Source: a virus (Duplodnaviria; Caudoviricetes). Taken from it: a DNA stretch of 64,000 nucleotides. Positions 49,000 to 57,157 of the stretch are shown here, piece by piece. The notes beneath the pieces were generated by a model. That model did no database searches. It was given only the letters and a program-made list of their open reading frames with translations, and was not told the origin of the DNA. How positions within the stretch are numbered: position 1 is the stretch's first letter; every line of letters begins with the position of its first letter. Both the position numbers and the translations under genes were made by a program. Location of the stretch: IMG/VR virus record IMGVR_UViG_3300014000_000001, positions 168,791-232,790 of that record; one strand, 5' to 3'.

Positions 49000-49032
49000 T
49001 TATGACATTTTATAATTCAGAGATAAACTCTC

Positions 49033-52000
49033 ATGGCTTTAATATTCCCGTTTGACTCAACATTAAAAGGCTATGTCGAAGAAGTAGAAATTAATATCTC
49101 TAATCTCGAATATCCAATTTTCACCTTCCCTAAAGGTTCGTTCTTTGTATCTGAACTTTACGGTATTGTTAAAGGCACTAGAACTATCGTTCGCCCTGGA
49201 CTTGATTTTAAAGTACTTAGTTTAAATGAAACCATTCAATTTAATGATAGCGATACTAACTTAAATACCACTTTAAAACAAAACTATGTTCGTAACGGCA
49301 TTCTTTGGTGTGGCAGGCAAGACGTTGGTACGATTGTTTGGAAGGTACCTTATTGTGGCGGTGAAGACAGTAATAAACCTGCTCAATACAGTAACTATAT
49401 TGCCACACTTTATAACCAAGCTCGCACGCTAGGCACAATTAACCTATATGGAATTAAACAACAAGCTTGGGGTGGATTTATTCATCCTGAAAATAAACAA
49501 ATTGTATCGGGACGTGATATCTATAATAAGTATTTTGACTACTATGAGGACATCAATAACAACGGCGGTTTGGGTTGGGGTAAAGTTCATCTTTCAATGA
49601 TGGCATTAGCCGAGGTTGTTGCAAATGGTGGAGATCCAATGGAGATTCAAGCCTTTTACGACTGGCTTAGAAAATATGAAATTGAATACACCAAATACAA
49701 AGATAGCATTGTTGCTAATTTAAACCAACAAATTGAAAACCTTGATCAAAAGCGGGTAGGGTTTGAGCAGTTTGTTTATTCTAATGGGAATTACAATCAT
49801 TACAGTAAGCACAATTATAAAGAATTGAATAATGTAATACTTCGTGGTTTAGATCCTGACGAAACTGGGTTTCAATTAAACCCAATTAAAACCAACAGAA
49901 ATAATGTAGGTCATTATGCCTTAGGTGTATGGGGTAATGACTTTGATCTAAAAGCAACTCGATTATCACAACGTAAATCCATTGCAATAGATACGAGTCC
50001 GTTTAAAATATCAATCACCTATGTAAAACAAACTACCTCAGGTAGTAATCCACGTAACATTCAATATGGGGTTAAATTTGAAAATATAGAAAAAGCATCG
50101 AGCGGAGTCTATACCGCTTATATTATCTCTAAACGTTTAGGGGTGATTGCAACGTTGGATGTAAGTAGATATATCACGGGATTAAGTGGAAGCTCTACGA
50201 TTGGGACCTCAGCACAATACCCTGGAGGTAGTACTGATTATGCTGATGATATTATTTTCATTTTTGTAGCCAATGAAAATATGCAGACCGATTTCATGGC
50301 TGAGGTGGGTCGTTTGCGTTACATTAGCTATACTCGTAACTATGGTTACACGCTTAGCGTTGACACTCGTGGGTTGATTATTACTAATGGGGAGTTGATT
50401 TCTAAAAACCCTGAATTAGACTTAACGCAAGATAATGCAATTGGAACCAGTAGTGTTGAAGTAACGATCACTCGCCAGTTCTCTGATTACGTTGAGACAA
50501 ACTATTTAGCTGCGGTGGATGTAAAAGATATTGGTAGTGCAATCAACAATACAGTGAACGCAATGGCGACAATCAATTGGGCTGCAGGTGAAACCAAAAA
50601 GATTGTTAAGGTGAGTAATAGTGACGGGTTATTTACACGTGACACCACAGTTGCAATCCAACTCCATCGCACTAATCAAGTGAATGTTCCAATCGCAACA
50701 AGACAAATCCTCGCTACGGTACTTGTGGGTCAGCGTAAGAGTACTACAAATAACGTAGCTTACATTGAACTCTTAGATAGTGAAGAAAATGGTAATCCAG
50801 TTACTTTACCAAAAGACGGTACTCGTTACTATTTATCGGTGCAATACGCTAAGAACTTTAACTTTCACCGAGTAAACCCTACACTGAAAGTGGCTAACAT
50901 AGTGGGTAACCCTGGTAACGTTTTGATGGGTACTCCAAAATTCATCGATGTGGGTCATGTTATCTACCCGATTCAGTTTTTAGATTTCAAACCAACCGCA
51001 GGATTAAATTACTTTGAAACTTCGCTTGAATTGGTTGACCCAAATAGCTCTTTTAGCACCAATCGCATTAACTTATATATTGCTCACCAATCGGTAAATT
51101 TTGCAGGAGCTGGTACTTTTAATCTGGTTGAGTTTCTTACAGTGGAAGCAATAGGCGGAGTGATCACTACGTTTAGATATCGCCCAACTAATCTAGGGGT
51201 GATTCCAAACCTAACTGCGTTTAACTTGTCTTTATCGAATAATGCTACAGTGGTTAATCCTCCTATCTACCTGAATGATCAATTGGAATTTAGTTTTTTC
51301 ACCCCAGATGCATCGATAGGTAAGCCTGTTAATATTGAGGTTAGTTATGTTAATGCTTCAGGGCAAAGTGTAACCGTAGTCAATATGGTGAACACTTATA
51401 ACTTTAGAGGAGCTAGATTAGATTTTATTTCTCCTTCAAATATGGCGATTATTAACCGCCCACGACTAGGGGAGCCATTTAAGATCCGTTATCGCGGTGA
51501 GTTTAACGTAACCCCAACTAAAGTATCGGTAAGTATTGATACTACTATGAGTGATCGCAATAATGTTAATTGGAGCGGGGATGCACCTGATCTACAAAAC
51601 CCAACATTGAGTGGGGTTGTTGTGGCGAGTGATAAAACTGCTTGGGTGAATGCTGGAACACAAATTAGTGTAGCTGAAGTTATCAACACGACAACATATC
51701 AAGATTACGCTAAGGTTTATTTTAAAGTGGTGAGTGAATTCCCAGATGGTACAACTAATGTTAGCTTGGTAATGAAAGAATTCTTAATTGAATCCTTCGA
51801 TATTAAATTCTATCGATTAGGAAGCAACGAAGAAATCACCGATGGTGTGTTTGTAAGTGGTACATCAGCAATTATGTCTGTTACTTCCAAAACTATTGAT
51901 CTAAGCTCGATAAATTATGTCACAATTTATGGAAGTGGTTTTGTGTATAAAAACCTAATAGTAGATGCAACGAACAACACTGTTAAAGCGGTGTTCGACA

Positions 52001-52095
52001 TCACTACGGTATCTGATGGGCCTTTTAGTCCAAAGATTTCAATTGGAGGCTATGAGGTTTATGAGCGTAAACAATTCAGAATTGTCGCAGCTTGA
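49033..52095 (+). CDS. Fibre C: diverged anchor plus Ig-like domains (1020 aa)
   Basis: FPFD..GSFF..PGLDFKVL anchor related to fibres A/B; EQFVYS..ELNNVILRG segment; INWAAGETKKIV Calx-beta-like strand. Confidence 0.7.
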   Translation: MALIFPFDSTLKGYVEEVEINISNLEYPIFTFPKGSFFVSELYGIVKGTRTIVRPGLDFKVLSLNETIQFNDSDTNLNTTLKQNYVRNGILWCGRQDVGTIVWKVPYCGGEDSNKPAQYSNYIATLYNQARTLGTINLYGIKQQAWGGFIHPENKQIVSGRDIYNKYFDYYEDINNNGGLGWGKVHLSMMALAEVVANGGDPMEIQAFYDWLRKYEIEYTKYKDSIVANLNQQIENLDQKRVGFEQFVYSNGNYNHYSKHNYKELNNVILRGLDPDETGFQLNPIKTNRNNVGHYALGVWGNDFDLKATRLSQRKSIAIDTSPFKISITYVKQTTSGSNPRNIQYGVKFENIEKASSGVYTAYIISKRLGVIATLDVSRYITGLSGSSTIGTSAQYPGGSTDYADDIIFIFVANENMQTDFMAEVGRLRYISYTRNYGYTLSVDTRGLIITNGELISKNPELDLTQDNAIGTSSVEVTITRQFSDYVETNYLAAVDVKDIGSAINNTVNAMATINWAAGETKKIVKVSNSDGLFTRDTTVAIQLHRTNQVNVPIATRQILATVLVGQRKSTTNNVAYIELLDSEENGNPVTLPKDGTRYYLSVQYAKNFNFHRVNPTLKVANIVGNPGNVLMGTPKFIDVGHVIYPIQFLDFKPTAGLNYFETSLELVDPNSSFSTNRINLYIAHQSVNFAGAGTFNLVEFLTVEAIGGVITTFRYRPTNLGVIPNLTAFNLSLSNNATVVNPPIYLNDQLEFSFFTPDASIGKPVNIEVSYVNASGQSVTVVNMVNTYNFRGARLDFISPSNMAIINRPRLGEPFKIRYRGEFNVTPTKVSVSIDTTMSDRNNVNWSGDAPDLQNPTLSGVVVASDKTAWVNAGTQISVAEVINTTTYQDYAKVYFKVVSEFPDGTTNVSLVMKEFLIESFDIKFYRLGSNEEITDGVFVSGTSAIMSVTSKTIDLSSINYVTIYGSGFVYKNLIVDATNNTVKAVFDITTVSDGPFSPKISIGGYEVYERKQFRIVAA

Positions 52096-52107
52096 AAGGA
52101 TTGAATT

Positions 52108-52596
52108 ATGTTTAATATAAAATTTAGCCGAGAAGGGGCAATGGTGTACTCAAAACAAGCCAGTCAGATTCTCGGTAAGAATTATTGGTATTTACGAGAT
52201 GATGTGAAGGTGAGGATTGAGTTTAAATCCCTAGTTTGGAGTTTCATTATTCCTCAAGGTTATCTAACTGATGGAGCTACCGTACCTCGTCTCGCTTGGA
52301 GTATCGTTCCACTTTGGGATGAATGTACCAATGCTGTATTGTTGCATGATTATTTATGCAATTACTCAGTAACGTCAACAGACGGGGAACTCTATCCTTT
52401 AAACCGTAAAGATATTGATCTGTTATTTTTACGGACAATGGAGTTCTATGGAGTACATTGGTTTAAACGTAAATTAATGTATGGGTGTGTGCGTCTTTGG
52501 GCGAAACTCTTTAAATATGAAAAACCAATGATCTCAACCAAAAAATATGAAATGGAAGAGATGATTCGTGAAAACATTCGATTGGGGTATTACTAA
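52108..52596 (+). CDS. DUF1353 family protein
   Basis: TDGATVPR...AVLLHDYLC...RKDIDLLF...KRKLMY.CVR. Confidence 0.8.
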   Translation: MFNIKFSREGAMVYSKQASQILGKNYWYLRDDVKVRIEFKSLVWSFIIPQGYLTDGATVPRLAWSIVPLWDECTNAVLLHDYLCNYSVTSTDGELYPLNRKDIDLLFLRTMEFYGVHWFKRKLMYGCVRLWAKLFKYEKPMISTKKYEMEEMIRENIRLGYY

Positions 52597-53552
52597 TGGC
52601 TGATGAATTAGTACAAGCGAAATTATCATTTACTATGCCTATTCGTGGAACTACGGTATCTGTGAATGCACCGCCTTTGATAGTAAAAGATAAAGTTCCT
52701 ACCTTTAGTTTAGTGCCAGCCTCAACATCAGTCAATGAGGGATCAACTTTCTGGATCACTTTGTTCACGAGCAATATTCCAAGAGATGGTTCAGTTAAAG
52801 TGAGATGGTGGTTAGATTGGTTGAATGGTTCTGGTGCGAATGATGTAGTCGGTGGTGCTGGAAATCCATATGTGGTTTATTTGGCTTCGGATGGTACTCA
52901 TCGAATGGGGTGGGATATTATTGCAGATAATCTAACCGAAGGCACTGAATCATTCAATGTGCGCTGTCAGGTGTTCAGAGAGAGTGATAATTATCAATAT
53001 GCTGATCTTAGTTTGAATGGGATCTATGTGAATGATACGTCTAAAAATAGTGTCAACTACTATAATTTATCAAATATCAAAGATGATAAATCTCAGATAT
53101 TAAGATATAGTCGATACGATAGTTATCCAAGTTATCACAATGATGATGGAGGGACAATCTGGGTTGGAGGTAACGATAGCGCATATGGGTCATTGGATCC
53201 ACAAAGCGTTGTGTTGGCAGGTAATACATATACCATCGATTATATGACCATTATATCATCACTCAATAATACGGGTGAATATTATTCGTATATATCTTTA
53301 CTCCTTAAAGGGGATAACCCAGCGCAGTTGGCAAAACTAAATAAATCCACAGTTAGTATTGTGATCAATGGTATGGAAATTCCTTTATTTTGCTACATGA
53401 CTTTACAAAATGGTGACATCTATAAAGGATTTAGTAACACTGATCGCGTCGCAGTGATGGATTCTGGAGGAGCCACTGTGCCTTTCCCTAGTAATGCTTC
53501 CTGGCTTAACATCCCAGCATCTGGAAGTATGCTGTTCAAATACACAGGCTAA
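52596..53552 (+). CDS. Putative fibre tip protein: N-terminal F-G strand segment, one full Calx-beta repeat, C-terminal tip domain
   Basis: ...PLIVKDK then VNEGST...IADNLTEGTESF...VNDTS; YGSLDPQSV...TIDYM. Confidence 0.7.
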   Translation: MADELVQAKLSFTMPIRGTTVSVNAPPLIVKDKVPTFSLVPASTSVNEGSTFWITLFTSNIPRDGSVKVRWWLDWLNGSGANDVVGGAGNPYVVYLASDGTHRMGWDIIADNLTEGTESFNVRCQVFRESDNYQYADLSLNGIYVNDTSKNSVNYYNLSNIKDDKSQILRYSRYDSYPSYHNDDGGTIWVGGNDSAYGSLDPQSVVLAGNTYTIDYMTIISSLNNTGEYYSYISLLLKGDNPAQLAKLNKSTVSIVINGMEIPLFCYMTLQNGDIYKGFSNTDRVAVMDSGGATVPFPSNASWLNIPASGSMLFKYTG

Positions 53553-53563
53553 CATCATAAACG

Positions 53564-53593
53564 AGATAGAGCATCCCTAGGGATGCTCTATCT
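53564..53593. repeat. CCTAGG-centred perfect palindrome (30 bp) between convergent genes
   Basis: agatagagcatccctagggatgctctatct. Confidence 0.85.
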
Positions 53594-53604
53594 TTAATTA
53601 TGCT

Positions 53605-53627
53605 CAAATATATATTATCTAATTGAT
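53605..53627 (+). promoter_or_regulatory. Phage early promoter-like motif, copy 5, pointing antisense into the spike gene
   Basis: caaatatatattatctaattgat abutting the spike stop codon. Confidence 0.6.
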
Positions 53628-54628
53628 CAGTGTGGTGTCGAGGTATCTTTCCCATCGCCTTGTTCAGTGTGAACGTGAGTATCCCCAATATTAGTTCCAT
53701 TATGACTAAGCTCAGATACATTGAATTTAACCCCAGCGCCCGTCATGGTCATTCCACCACCTGTATTCATGGTACCTGTAGTATAATCAAAAGATAAACC
53801 ACTACCACTCCAATTAGTATTTGGATAAGTCCCCGTAAAGGTTTCTCCATTCATGGTGGTTTGGGTAGTTTCAGCAATCAAATGCTCTGTGACAATCTTC
53901 ACTTCTTCACTGGCTTGAATTAGGATCTTAGTTTTATCTATCTTAACCGTGGAGTTATCCATGTTGTATAGTTCGATTAAACTATTCATGGAGTCTAACA
54001 ATAACCCATTACCTAGCGTGTCTGAGAGTGAAAAGTTACTATCTTTGTAATTCAATTGAAGCGTGTATCCACACTTCTCCCCATCATTAGTGGGTGTCAT
54101 TAGTGTAATATGTTTATCTACTGTATTAAACTCTAAGAACACACTATTAGCTGCTGTAAGTTCAGTGGCACTTTCATCAATGGTATTAGAGAACACTAAC
54201 AACATAATATCACGACGACGTAAGTGGTTGGAGGTACCCATTAACTCCCAATAGAATTGATCGGTATCCCCTACACGCCAAATAATGACTTCCTCACCAC
54301 GGCGTACAAGTCCTGGGGTTTTAAGCCAAGGATTGCGTGATAACCACTTAGCCCGAATCGCGTTAGAAGCAGTTACCTTCTCTGAATAGTTGTTTCCATT
54401 ACCATCTACACCTGTCGTGGTGTAGTCTGAGATATTATCGGTAACCTCACCGTCTGCATAGGTTCTACTTTCTGATGGGAAAACAGATAGCTCAGTTTGT
54501 CCTACTTGTAGATTAGCTGCAGCTATACCTACTGAATACATTTGTAAAATTGATGCACTACCTTTACCTAAAGTACGTGTGCCTGCAGGATTACTCTTTT
54601 GGTAATCCTGTATATTCGTTTCATTCAT
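53627..54628 (-). CDS. Baseplate central spike / cell-puncturing protein (phiKZ gp164-like)
   Basis: YSVGIAA.N, AKWL..TPGLVRRGEEVIIWR..DTDQFYW, beta-helix repeats, C-terminal HNGTNIGDTHVH. Confidence 0.8.
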   Translation of the reverse strand: MNETNIQDYQKSNPAGTRTLGKGSASILQMYSVGIAAANLQVGQTELSVFPSESRTYADGEVTDNISDYTTTGVDGNGNNYSEKVTASNAIRAKWLSRNPWLKTPGLVRRGEEVIIWRVGDTDQFYWELMGTSNHLRRRDIMLLVFSNTIDESATELTAANSVFLEFNTVDKHITLMTPTNDGEKCGYTLQLNYKDSNFSLSDTLGNGLLLDSMNSLIELYNMDNSTVKIDKTKILIQASEEVKIVTEHLIAETTQTTMNGETFTGTYPNTNWSGSGLSFDYTTGTMNTGGGMTMTGAGVKFNVSELSHNGTNIGDTHVHTEQGDGKDTSTPH

Positions 54629-54653
54629 AATTTGTTCAACCTAGAGGTTTTTA

Positions 54654-55001
54654 ATGTTTATTATCCATACAAATTCGCAAACTGATGAGCGTCAGATTTT
54701 AACAGGCTTATTTGCTCAATATCGACGTCCATGCTTCTATGGTGGTATTGATATAGATATGTGTAAAACTTATGTAACTGATTTAATTACTCTTTACGAT
54801 TTAACGTGGGAGAAATCAGGTGCAACTCATGCAGAAGATTTTGATATTATCACTTCTGAATTATTGAGTGATATTCGTTACGAAATTAACCAAACTTGTA
54901 AGAAAGCCAATATTGAATTCGAATGGTTTAAACGCACCCTTTACAATAAAGGCTGCATAGATAAATGGGAAGCCCTATCAGCTTCCCATCTTCTATCTTA
55001 A
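54654..55001 (+). CDS. Hypothetical protein (115 aa)
   Basis: CTAGAGG RBS. Confidence 0.7.
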   Translation: MFIIHTNSQTDERQILTGLFAQYRRPCFYGGIDIDMCKTYVTDLITLYDLTWEKSGATHAEDFDIITSELLSDIRYEINQTCKKANIEFEWFKRTLYNKGCIDKWEALSASHLLS

Positions 55002-55120
55002 CTTTCAGGCGTTAGATATAATGCTTCAACTGGAAGATTGTATCGTTTTAAGAATTGTTGGTCTTCCTCTGACAATTCAATCTCTTCAACAGCTTCTTGC
55101 ACTGGTTGGTTATTTTCCAT
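54998..55120 (-). CDS. Acidic 40-aa micro-protein absent from the ORF track
   Basis: MENNQPVQEAVEEIELSEEDQQFLKRYNLPVEALYLTPES*; AGGAG RBS just upstream on the minus strand; TATG at 55233-55230. Confidence 0.6.
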   Translation of the reverse strand: MENNQPVQEAVEEIELSEEDQQFLKRYNLPVEALYLTPES

Positions 55121-55248
55121 AACCAATCTCCTTAAATAGAGAGTTAAACTAATTAGCAAGATGTTTAAGGGCATCTTACGCAGAAGGTCGAACTTAAAAT
55201 CGTTCTATTGCTGTTAGTTTAGTCGTAGTCATATATATTGGAGATATC

Positions 55249-55746
55249 GTGAATTCCTATGAAATAAAATTAAGGAAGATCATCATGCGTAAATTAAAAG
55301 AATTGATTATTCGCATCAAAGCTTTATTTGGGGTTGTTCATCCGACGAATCCATTTATCGTGGATTTAATTCGTTTATGTCGTTATGGCGAATATGTCCA
55401 AATCCATTACTTTGGTGGACCTAAACAAATGATTCAAGTTGGGGTAACACTCAATACATGTGACTGGACAATATTCTTAGGTCAATATCAAAACTTAGTC
55501 ACAGTAGTACACGGGGAAGTACTCAACTATAATCCATCGGAAGTCACGATTAGTGATGTTAAATCAAGTATGTGTTTTCATTTCTCTTTATTAGATGTTA
55601 ACTTTCATGATGTGAATGTAATTGCTAATTTTTCCCAAACTGAATGGGTGGATGATACCAATATTAAATTAGGTGGTAGCCCAACTCGAATTGATCCAGA
55701 TAAAAGTTTTCAACCCTTAGGTGATGGTTACTTCACCTTAGCATAA
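55249..55746 (+). CDS. Hypothetical protein
   Basis: ORF with GGAG RBS; a later ATG with AAGGAAG RBS is an alternative start. Confidence 0.7.
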   Translation: MNSYEIKLRKIIMRKLKELIIRIKALFGVVHPTNPFIVDLIRLCRYGEYVQIHYFGGPKQMIQVGVTLNTCDWTIFLGQYQNLVTVVHGEVLNYNPSEVTISDVKSSMCFHFSLLDVNFHDVNVIANFSQTEWVDDTNIKLGGSPTRIDPDKSFQPLGDGYFTLA

Positions 55747-55772
55747 AGGAGAGGGCTTAAGCCCTCTCCTTT
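55745..55772 (+). terminator. Perfect palindrome (28 bp, CTTAAG centre), terminator-like
   Basis: aaaggagagggcttaagccctctccttt, then T-rich. Confidence 0.8.
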
Positions 55773-55788
55773 TATTTATAATGTTTTA

Positions 55789-55811
55789 CAGATATACAAC
55801 ATCTATGTGAA
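55789..55811 (+). promoter_or_regulatory. Phage early promoter-like motif, copy 6
   Basis: cagatatacaacatctatgtgaa. Confidence 0.7.
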
Positions 55812-55853
55812 GAATGATCTTCATTAATCAATATATTACAGAGGTAATGAGTT

Positions 55854-56534
55854 ATGAATTTTTTAGATTCAGATAAAGAAATTATAGAAGATGGATTATT
55901 TACTTTTTATAATATTCTCGTTATTCCTGTTCAGGAAACTTACGCCATAGGTAAAGCACAACAAGTGATATGTGGCGCATTGGATTTCGTTAAAGGTGGC
56001 GAGGATATAACTTTTGAAGTTTCTCAAGAAAGCTTCGATATCATCGTTAAGGCTTTTGAAAATAAGCCTAAAGTCTTGAGTTATGTATTATCAGATGAGG
56101 GTTCTAAAATAACCGTTAATAAGCATCTTATTATTACACCATGTGATAATAGTGAGGGTACTTTGGTGGATATAAAACCATCTACCCCTGAACACCCTAC
56201 AATTAATCAAGATGATTATAATGTCGATGTTTTAGGTGAATTAAAACAGTTACTGATAGACTCTAACATCCACAATATGCCACATGAGGTTCTGACGGAA
56301 CTTGAAACCCATCTATGTGGAATAGGGCAGGCAGTTAGAAATTTAGCGGAGTCGAAACGTTGCCAATCCGCGGATCTAGAGAACTTGAACCATTGTTTAT
56401 CTGGACCAGCACAACGGGGACGCACGGGAGCATTTCACGCTAGTCGTTTTGGTGAAGAAAATCTCGCACGACGTCGAGAAAGTCATCGAGATAGAGATAC
56501 CCGTGGTCGTTATGATAGCCGTAGAGGAAATTAA
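55854..56534 (+). CDS. Hypothetical early protein with Arg-rich disordered tail
   Basis: ACAGAGG RBS; ends RRRESHRDRDTRGRYDSRRGN. Confidence 0.75.
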   Translation: MNFLDSDKEIIEDGLFTFYNILVIPVQETYAIGKAQQVICGALDFVKGGEDITFEVSQESFDIIVKAFENKPKVLSYVLSDEGSKITVNKHLIITPCDNSEGTLVDIKPSTPEHPTINQDDYNVDVLGELKQLLIDSNIHNMPHEVLTELETHLCGIGQAVRNLAESKRCQSADLENLNHCLSGPAQRGRTGAFHASRFGEENLARRRESHRDRDTRGRYDSRRGN

Positions 56535-56536
56535 TT

Positions 56537-56785
56537 ATGAGTTTAAACATTCCAAATAAGGAACTCTTTCACAGTAAAGTAGTTTCTAATACAAAAGCTG
56601 AAGTGGAGAAATCAATTCAGCTTATGGTGGATATTGTTCCAACTGCAGATGCTGTAAAAGCGATTGATAACTTGATAGAACAATTGAAACACTTTCGCCC
56701 CCTTCTTGCATCTGTTAATCAACAATCGCAAGAACACGCCCCTAAACGGCAACCAGATGTGCGTAAAACACGTCAACCGCTTTAA
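56537..56785 (+). CDS. Hypothetical protein (82 aa)
   Basis: TAGAGG RBS. Confidence 0.7.
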   Translation: MSLNIPNKELFHSKVVSNTKAEVEKSIQLMVDIVPTADAVKAIDNLIEQLKHFRPLLASVNQQSQEHAPKRQPDVRKTRQPL

Positions 56786-56837
56786 CTGTTACACAACTCG
56801 CTTTTAATATAGTAAATAGTCACAAGGTAAGAAACAC

Positions 56838-57095
56838 ATGGAAATTAAATCAGCAATTTCTTCAATGGTAATGGTTTTACAGAATCGTAATTCAGTATTC
56901 TCAATACCAGGGGTGAGGGAAGTAATCGACATAGATACAATTCAGCAACGAGTGAATTATAGTATTTTGTCTACTTTTGAAGAACGCTGTTACAAAACAG
57001 GGATGTTAAAAGCCAGTTGGATTTTCAACCGTGAAAAGAAACAATGGATTCTTAATCGAATCTATCGTAACAAAACTATTCGTTCTTTATTCTAA
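56838..57095 (+). CDS. Hypothetical protein (85 aa)
   Basis: AAGG RBS. Confidence 0.65.
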   Translation: MEIKSAISSMVMVLQNRNSVFSIPGVREVIDIDTIQQRVNYSILSTFEERCYKTGMLKASWIFNREKKQWILNRIYRNKTIRSLF

Positions 57096-57103
57096 ATGTG
57101 ATC

Positions 57104-57129
57104 ATCTAGGTGGGTTAACCCACCTAGAT
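57104..57129 (+). terminator. Perfect palindrome (26 bp, GTTAAC centre), terminator-like
   Basis: atctaggtgggttaacccacctagat, then T-rich. Confidence 0.8.
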
Positions 57130-57157
57130 TCTTTTTTATAACAGAGGTTAGGCAAAA

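Noticed and set aside
34474-53552. Diversity-generating retroelement or invertible tail-fibre cassette
   Set aside because: No reverse transcriptase or invertase in the window, and no near-identical template/variable repeat pair noticed by eye
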